DNA of 64,000 nt from a virus: positions 64,001-128,000 of the IMG/VR virus record IMGVR_UViG_3300030107_008258. One strand, given 5' to 3'. The position numbers were made by a program, and so were the translations under genes. Of the stretch, positions 58,999 to 64,000 are shown in pieces. Every line of letters begins with the position of its first letter. Positions within the stretch are counted from its first letter, which is position 1. The notes beneath the pieces were generated by a model, which saw only the letters and a list, made by a program, of their open reading frames with translations, did no database searches and was not told the DNA's origin.

Positions 58999-59490
58999 AT
59001 GAATGAATTAACAAACGCTATTCCCGATATCGTAAATTTAACCTCTAATATACAAAAAGAAGAGGTAAAGGGCTTTTTGGAAAATTTAATCGGCGAATAT
59101 GGATGGCTCTTGTTTGCGGCGGTACTAACAATCTTGGCTAAAGATATGATTATGAATTTTGTTCAGGGATTGCTTGTTTTTATGGGGAATGATTTTAATA
59201 ATGACGACATTATTTATATTTCCGGCCGTCAAGCACGTATAGTTCGCGTCGGAATTCGTAATACGGTTTTTTACATGACAGACCGCCGGACTAAAATGTT
59301 GGTTCCCAACGAACAATTAAAATTACTAACTATTGAAAAAAGATTACCTAAAAACGGGGGAGAGCCCTATCTTGCCAAAGGTAGTGATTCTAATTTCATG
59401 GGATTTGAAGAAGTTCCCATAGCTCCCTCTCCTATGCAGGTGGAAGTAGTAGAGGCACCTTCTCCTCCCTCCAAAAGAACAAGAAAATGA
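58999..59490 (+). CDS. MscS-like (mechanosensitive channel beta-domain) membrane protein
   Basis: A TM helix followed by KDMIMNFVQGL....FN.DDII.ISG..ARIVRVGIRNT.F......LVPNE, which is the MscS TM3/Sm-like domain signature. Confidence 0.75.
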   Translation: MNELTNAIPDIVNLTSNIQKEEVKGFLENLIGEYGWLLFAAVLTILAKDMIMNFVQGLLVFMGNDFNNDDIIYISGRQARIVRVGIRNTVFYMTDRRTKMLVPNEQLKLLTIEKRLPKNGGEPYLAKGSDSNFMGFEEVPIAPSPMQVEVVEAPSPPSKRTRK

Positions 59491-59717
59491 AAAAAATAAC
59501 AGCATTAGCATCTATCTTTCTCATGGGATGTACTAGCGTCCCCAACCTTAAAGAAGTTGATTTAAGCATAACAGGATTAGAAATGGAGTTCTATGACAAC
59601 CGAGAAGCTCCCATCATTTTTGATTATAATGCGGACATAGAAAGAAGATACCAAGAAAGAAAAAATCGCAATAAAGTCACTAATTATGGAAAATTAATGC
59701 CCATGACTAAAAAATAA
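59487..59717 (+). CDS. Lipoprotein
   Basis: Lipobox MKKITALASIFLMG|C. ATGA overlap with the upstream gene. Confidence 0.7.
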   Translation: MKKITALASIFLMGCTSVPNLKEVDLSITGLEMEFYDNREAPIIFDYNADIERRYQERKNRNKVTNYGKLMPMTKK

Positions 59718-59734
59718 GTGTAAAGATTATTGAA

Positions 59735-60277
59735 ATGAAAGAGATAGATTTTACAGAGCAGATCATTAAATGGCGCGAAGAAGAAGCTGCTAAAACAAAG
59801 AAGCAGTGGGAAAAGATCGATACTAAAGAACTTAAACGTGACACTAAAAAAGAAAAGAAGGAGCACGAAAAAGACGCCATTAAAGACGACGAGAGTAAAA
59901 TCAAAAAACTTAAAAAAGGAAAGCCATCCGAAAAAAAGAGCGTTGAAATTCACGACATTAAAAAGGACGAGAAGTACGATAAAGCTAAAGCTGCCAAACT
60001 AAGCAGTAAGCAAAAAAACGATTTGCCTGATTCTGATTTCGCTTATATAGAGCCCGGTGGAAAAAAAGATTCCGAAGGAAAAACAACTCCTCGGTCATTA
60101 CGTCATCTTCCTATTAATGACGCAGCACATGTGCGAAATGCTTTAGCCAGACTCGATCAAACTGATATTAGTGCAGAGGCTAAAAAAGCGGCTCTGAAAA
60201 AAATTAAAGCCGCAGCCAAAAAATTCGGTATTAAGGTTAGCGCGTCAGCTCAAATCGACTATTCTGACTTATACTAA
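59735..60277 (+). CDS. Lys-rich protein with DUF6582-like C-terminal domain
   Basis: L....KNDLPDSDFA...RHLPINDAAHVRNALAR.....A.KKI.AAAKKFGI motif. A GTGTA element lies upstream. Confidence 0.7.
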   Translation: MKEIDFTEQIIKWREEEAAKTKKQWEKIDTKELKRDTKKEKKEHEKDAIKDDESKIKKLKKGKPSEKKSVEIHDIKKDEKYDKAKAAKLSSKQKNDLPDSDFAYIEPGGKKDSEGKTTPRSLRHLPINDAAHVRNALARLDQTDISAEAKKAALKKIKAAAKKFGIKVSASAQIDYSDLY

Positions 60278-60297
60278 TCTTTCTTTTAGTTTCGCTA

Positions 60298-60332
60298 AAG
60301 AAAAAGCCCCGCGACGGCGGGGCTTTTGTTTT
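60298..60332. terminator. Bidirectional rho-independent terminator
   Basis: AAAAAGCCCCGC-GACG-GCGGGGCTTTTGTTTT lies between convergent genes, with A/T tracts on both sides. Confidence 0.88.
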
Positions 60333-60344
60333 ATAGAGTTGTGA

Positions 60345-60581
60345 TTATTTAATGCGACGTCTTAAAAGCAGTGGATCGAAGTTATCGTTGCTATCCCAAG
60401 CAAAAGGTTCCCATCCTTTGGGGATATTTTTGCCAGTAGAAGTTTTGAATTCCCACTGTTGATTTGTGTCCCAAGGGGTAATTTCAAGTTTCGATGCACC
60501 TGTTCCGAGAACTACAGTAGCAGTTAATAAAACGCCAATCGCGAACGATTTCCAGTCGAGTAGTCTCATATTCATTATCAC
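60345..60581 (-). CDS. Small membrane-anchored/secreted protein
   Basis: N-terminal DWKSFAIGVLLTATVVLGTGA hydrophobic segment, then QQWEFK..GWEP...LLRR. Confidence 0.65.
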   Translation of the reverse strand: MIMNMRLLDWKSFAIGVLLTATVVLGTGASKLEITPWDTNQQWEFKTSTGKNIPKGWEPFAWDSNDNFDPLLLRRRIK

Positions 60582-61093
60582 TCCCCGGGCTCGTTGCCGT
60601 CAATAACCTTGTCTCTATTGTTTTTAAACTCTTCGCGGATTTCTTTAATCCTTGAATGAACTTCTTTTTGGTGAGCCCTCATTGCTTCAGCCCATTCTTT
60701 GCGAGAAGCCTTCATTTGTTCCCGAAGCGCTGCTTTTTCTTCGTCAGTAGCATCTTTCCATTTGTTTTTGTCGAATCCGACTTTCATTTTTTCAGTAGCT
60801 TGTTTAAACGCTTCCTTCAACTCTTTGATTTTTGCGTCGTCTCTAATAAGCTTGCCAAAAGCCTTGCCTCTATGGTTGACTTTATGACCGCGTTTCTTAG
60901 CGTCTCCTCTACGCTTCTTTCTTTTATCAAAAGCGGCTTTAAGGCGTTCTTTAATCTTCTCGCGATCAATTTTATTTTCAGGACGTGGCTTCTCTGGTTT
61001 TTCCTTGTCTTTTTTAGGTCGAGCTTCCGCGGTTGATAACACTGATGCAATAACTGCGACCAGTCCGTATTTTAGTATACGAGATGTAAACAT
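60578..61093 (-). CDS. Periplasmic helical protein (Spy/CpxP/ZraP-like composition)
   Basis: Signal peptide ending AEA, with a highly charged all-helical mature region. A sigma-54 promoter lies upstream. Confidence 0.55.
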   Translation of the reverse strand: MFTSRILKYGLVAVIASVLSTAEARPKKDKEKPEKPRPENKIDREKIKERLKAAFDKRKKRRGDAKKRGHKVNHRGKAFGKLIRDDAKIKELKEAFKQATEKMKVGFDKNKWKDATDEEKAALREQMKASRKEWAEAMRAHQKEVHSRIKEIREEFKNNRDKVIDGNEPGE

Positions 61094-61108
61094 AACATTC
61101 TTTACACT

Positions 61109-61124
61109 GCAGGAAATGTGCCAA
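61109..61124 (-). promoter_or_regulatory. Sigma-54 (RpoN) -24/-12 promoter
   Basis: Minus strand TTGGCACATTTCCTGC has exact GG-N10-GC spacing and a TGGCAC core. Confidence 0.72.
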
Positions 61125-61172
61125 ACAATAAATGGGCATTTGTTGGGAATTTAATATATTTGCAAACAAAGC

Positions 61173-61221
61173 GCGGGTAATAATTCCCACTTAATTAAAA
61201 TGAGCGGGAAATGTTCCCCAC
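61173..61221. promoter_or_regulatory. Two palindromic enhancer-like sites (GCGGG-N8-CCCAC), 31 bp apart
   Basis: GCGGGTAATAATTCCCAC at 61173-61190 and GCGGGAAATGTTCCCCAC at 61204-61221, about -85 and -115 from the sigma-54 start. Confidence 0.65.
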
Positions 61222-61237
61222 TAGTGTAATAAATAAA

Positions 61238-61450
61238 GTGAAAAAGAAACATGTCGTTATAGGCGCTATAGTGGCTGCTGTGGCCGTTTTAGCTTTCTGG
61301 TTAGTCCGTGGTGAAGAAATTAAAGAAAAAGCCGCAGAGACAGCAAAGGAGGCCGCAAAAGAAGCTATTGTAAACAAGGTAGTGGACGAGGCCGCTGACA
61401 AAGCTAAAGAAAAACTTAAAGAAGAAGTTTTAGATAAGTTGCTTCCGTGA
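61238..61450 (+). CDS. Single-TM membrane protein (probable GTG start 61238)
   Basis: MKKKHVVIGAIVAAVAVLAFWLV followed by a charged helix. The GTGTA element is 9 nt upstream of the GTG. Confidence 0.65.
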   Translation: MKKKHVVIGAIVAAVAVLAFWLVRGEEIKEKAAETAKEAAKEAIVNKVVDEAADKAKEKLKEEVLDKLLP

Positions 61451-61798
61451 ATGAAGTTTCATCTCTATTTAAGAGAACTGCGGCAACGTAGATTTAAAGA
61501 CACTCGCAAACTATGCCTTATGTTAGGAGTGAGTAAGGATATGTGGCGCAAATTAGAACGTGGAATTAATCCTCCCCCTAGAAGATCAATACTGAGAAAA
61601 TTTTGCATTTTAGTAAACGCTTTAAGCTACGAAGAAAATCAATTATATACTTTAGCTAGAAGATGGGAGCCTCACGAAGATACTAATACCGCCAACCACA
61701 TTTTAATGGATTCTCGATCTAAGCCAGAATGGAAAGAAGCACTTATGGATCAAAACCGTCCCGACTATGCTCATAAATATTGGAAACCTCTAGATTAG
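61451..61798 (+). CDS. XRE-family HTH protein
   Basis: LRELRQRR...RKLCLMLGVSKDMWRKLERGINPPP matches the HTH_XRE pattern. Confidence 0.78.
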   Translation: MKFHLYLRELRQRRFKDTRKLCLMLGVSKDMWRKLERGINPPPRRSILRKFCILVNALSYEENQLYTLARRWEPHEDTNTANHILMDSRSKPEWKEALMDQNRPDYAHKYWKPLD

Positions 61799-62109
61799 CG
61801 AATACGAGTTAATAAATCGTTCAGATTTTCAAAGGCTATACGATCTACCCTTATAGAAGGTGGCCTTACTCTAGTGTTGGCTATACGAAGCCCAAAAATA
61901 TCATCTGAAGGAGAAATTATATCTTCTACAAAATCCCACAGGCCGGTGTGCTTAGCCCAGTTGTAGTAAAGATCAGTATTGTCTTTCTCAGCTTCTAATA
62001 ATATCTGCCGCTCTTTTTGAAATATACTTAAATAAAGACATACTCCCCGAATGGCTAATGAGTCACTGGGAGGTTCCACAACACTTTCGTAGAAAATGAG
62101 CGAATGCAC
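61795..62109 (-). CDS. Hypothetical protein
   Basis: 104 aa with a GTG start 9 nt after a GTGTA element. Confidence 0.6.
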   Translation of the reverse strand: MHSLIFYESVVEPPSDSLAIRGVCLYLSIFQKERQILLEAEKDNTDLYYNWAKHTGLWDFVEDIISPSDDIFGLRIANTRVRPPSIRVDRIAFENLNDLLTRIR

Positions 62110-62124
62110 TCAATGTTTTACACT

Positions 62125-62835
62125 TTATATATCGTGGTATATTTTAGACCTTAATGGGGATGGCTTTTTATTCAATTCCGTTTTCTTTTCTTCGTCCGGA
62201 TAATGGTTGTAAAAAAAATAAGGACTATTACCATATGATCGATCAATATCTTCTGAAGTCATTTCTTTATCATAGATTCTAACTCTTGGAGGCTTTTCCT
62301 TATCATACGGAATAATAAAATCAGGATTATGCCAGCGCAAAAGATTATTGGGAGGTATGGCATAGTTTCCATCATCCATTTCCAGAAAGTGATAACATTT
62401 TGAATCTTGGTCGTTAGCGTATCCAATATTGAGCTCATTAAGGTCCCCCTCGTAATCGTCAATAGTAAATACATACTTACCAGAACGCCATACTCTGTCG
62501 CGGCAGAATACGTCCACGCGACGGTTTTGCAAAAAACCGAATGTCGTAACTGCGATATCATTATCTTGGCAATCCCACGTCTGTAGGAGCGACAATCTTG
62601 TTTGCTCATCTTCAGATAAAACATCGTAGTCCTCTTTATGACAAAAGGCCGAAATTGGCATCTGCCAAAAAATCGCCCCAAAGCACGATTGGAAATGAAA
62701 GTGCATAGGACGATTGATCATTGATTTTACACCAAATATGTACCCTTCTGTCAATCCAGAGCTTTCGGGGCCAAAAATATAACTGTTTCTTATAAAACAT
62801 CCAATGTAGGGAGTGTTAGCGTTTAGTTGAGCCAT
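62125..62835 (-). CDS. Conserved phage hypothetical protein
   Basis: LNANTPYI.C.IR..Y, GAIF..MPISAF, LQ.WDC, GKY.FTID and GNYA..PNN is a family I recall from aquatic phages; function unknown. Confidence 0.7.
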   Translation of the reverse strand: MAQLNANTPYIGCFIRNSYIFGPESSGLTEGYIFGVKSMINRPMHFHFQSCFGAIFWQMPISAFCHKEDYDVLSEDEQTRLSLLQTWDCQDNDIAVTTFGFLQNRRVDVFCRDRVWRSGKYVFTIDDYEGDLNELNIGYANDQDSKCYHFLEMDDGNYAIPPNNLLRWHNPDFIIPYDKEKPPRVRIYDKEMTSEDIDRSYGNSPYFFYNHYPDEEKKTELNKKPSPLRSKIYHDI

Positions 62836-62867
62836 TTTTAGTTAATCTCGTGTAATATTATTCTATA

Positions 62868-63155
62868 ATGCCAAGTGATAATAAAAAAATTACTTTTGCG
62901 GATCTGGATGGGTTCCTCAAAATTGCGCCAATATTAGGTATATGTGTTTTAGCTTATCTTCAAACTATGTTTCCAAGTAAAGTGGAATTTGAAAAACTAG
63001 AGAATCATTTAATCCAAATGGATAAGAAACTAACTGAAATGGCGGTAGTCAATAAAACCATAACTAATAACTCAAGTGAAATAAGAAATATTAACGACAG
63101 AGTAAGACAATTAGAAATTCAACTAGCAAAACACGATAATCACGACAAATCATGA
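62868..63155 (+). CDS. Single-TM coiled-coil protein
   Basis: A TM segment followed by heptads ending RVRQLE. A GTGTA element lies 13 nt upstream. Confidence 0.65.
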   Translation: MPSDNKKITFADLDGFLKIAPILGICVLAYLQTMFPSKVEFEKLENHLIQMDKKLTEMAVVNKTITNNSSEIRNINDRVRQLEIQLAKHDNHDKS

Positions 63156-63463
63156 AATGGGCACTACCTCTTCTTTTCGTCGTTAGCTTATACGCGTCCC
63201 CCACTATAGATCCAGATATAGAAATCAAGATACCGGGTTTGGTTTGTCAATCTTGCGCTATTGGCGTTAAAAGAGGACTAAAGAAGACTAACCTTATTAA
63301 AGATATAAAATTTAACGTCGAAAAAGAAATATGCCTTGTTGAGTACATCAGTATAGAAATTCACCCGAGCCAAATTAAAAAAATTGTTAAAGACGCCGGG
63401 TATGAAGTGAGATACATTAAATGGCTTAAAGACAAAAAACCAAATAGGTACAACAAGCCATGA
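63152..63463 (+). CDS. Secreted heavy-metal-associated (HMA) domain protein, MerP/CopZ-like
   Basis: Signal peptide, IPGLVCQSC (GxxCxxC) and I...V.DAGYEV HMA signature. Confidence 0.85.
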   Translation: MKWALPLLFVVSLYASPTIDPDIEIKIPGLVCQSCAIGVKRGLKKTNLIKDIKFNVEKEICLVEYISIEIHPSQIKKIVKDAGYEVRYIKWLKDKKPNRYNKP

Positions 63464-63591
63464 TCTGCAAAAACAGATATTGTTTCGACGATACCTGTAA
63501 AGGCGAATGCACAAAAAAACAAACTAAAAAAAACCTCCCACCAGTTAAGGTGAGAGGTTCTGATTATAAGCTACTCTCAGACAACTAAAAA

Positions 63592-63918
63592 TTATTTAGT
63601 CTCAATAGTTAGTCCGTTGGTGAAATGAAGCACCCAGTTAGCAATCCACGCATAAACTGCGCCTCCTACCCAGCCGCCAATTCCAAATGCTGCGATACTA
63701 CCTAAGTCAGCAGAAACCGCCTCACTAATCTTATTTATTCCACCATCAACATCACCTAATGCTCCAGCGCCGATTAAAGCCAACACAGGGAGCACTACGC
63801 CTTTGATAGCGCCAGTAGCTACTCCGAGCAAACCTAAAAAGTTAGCAGCAGAGCGTGTATGTATTTTTGTAATAGTCATTTTTTTCATAACAGAAACAAA
63901 CTGTTTAATCACAATCAT
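63592..63918 (-). CDS. Small two-TM membrane protein (DUF3566-like); start may be 63888
   Basis: TITKI...SAA..LG...G.VGGAVYAWIANWV....GLTIE pattern. Confidence 0.6.
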   Translation of the reverse strand: MIVIKQFVSVMKKMTITKIHTRSAANFLGLLGVATGAIKGVVLPVLALIGAGALGDVDGGINKISEAVSADLGSIAAFGIGGWVGGAVYAWIANWVLHFTNGLTIETK

Positions 63919-63969
63919 AAACAGTTAATACTATTACACGGCTTAGTTCCTTGAGAGAGAAGGCTGTAT

Positions 63970-64000
63970 AAAAAAATCGCAGCCCCCGAAGAGGCTGCGA
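63970..64000 (-). terminator. Rho-independent terminator (of a gene beyond the window)
   Basis: Minus-strand RNA reads UCGCAGCCUC-UUCG-GGGGCUGCGAUUUUUUU. Confidence 0.85.

Noticed and set aside
57859-61237. ORF-track starts at 57859 and 61211
   Set aside because: Both extensions run through promoter or operator DNA. Starts at 57925/57931 and GTG 61238 fit the GTGTA spacing and give sensible N-termini.
61795-62109. HAD-family phosphatase call for the 104-aa ORF
   Set aside because: There is a vague resemblance (GLWDFVEDII) but no DxD motif, so it is left as hypothetical.
789-63514. Many 60-210 aa ORFs antisense to or nested in long genes (e.g. 24233..24865, 25322..25834, 8440..8889, 28425..28868, 60656..61036)
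   Set aside because: They are shadow frames of Gly/Ser/Thr-rich or charged genes, with no start signals or recognisable motifs.
1-64000. Stop-codon reassignment, tRNA genes, introns/inteins in terL or capsid, tail sheath
   Set aside because: Genes tile densely in the standard code using all three stops. No cloverleaf was seen in the short intergenic gaps. TerL, portal and capsid have normal uninterrupted lengths, and no sheath-like gene is present.

Overview
An AT-rich 64-kb segment of a large tailed dsDNA phage (Caudoviricetes). It looks siphovirus-like: there is a long tape measure and a tail-tube gene but no sheath gene in the window. It holds most of the virion morphogenesis region. Reading the minus strand from right to left: Zn-ribbon protein, phage sigma-70-family factor, ERCC4-type nuclease, terminase large subunit, portal, a second tail-tube paralog, two giant GNVGIGT-repeat fibres (2748 and 1555 aa), a holin/spanin-like cassette, prohead protease-scaffold, decoration protein, major capsid protein, a third giant fibre (2720 aa), two LamG fibre-tip paralogs, neck genes, tail tube, chaperones and a 2194-aa tape measure. 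These converge on + strand tail-tip genes. The right end (57.9-64 kb) is an accessory region with phoH and MscS-like, HMA, XRE, DUF6582-like and secreted/membrane proteins. A Gram-negative aquatic host (possibly Verrucomicrobiota) is my inference only. The most notable unannotated signals are five. (1) A GTGTA element lies at two discrete distances upstream of about 20 transcription units; it is probably the late promoter of the Cys-cluster-bearing phage sigma factor and gives many near-leaderless mRNAs. (2) A complete sigma-54 promoter with two phased enhancer palindromes precedes a Spy/ZraP-like periplasmic gene. (3) A riboswitch-like pseudoknotted 5' leader sequesters a Shine-Dalgarno sequence. 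(4) Ser/Thr-Gly dipeptides are strongly enriched in exterior virion proteins, and a sigma-70-driven glycosyltransferase sits among them, suggesting a virion glycosylation system. (5) The fibres are modular and share DNA-level junction sequences. All product calls come from motif recognition by eye; no database search was run.
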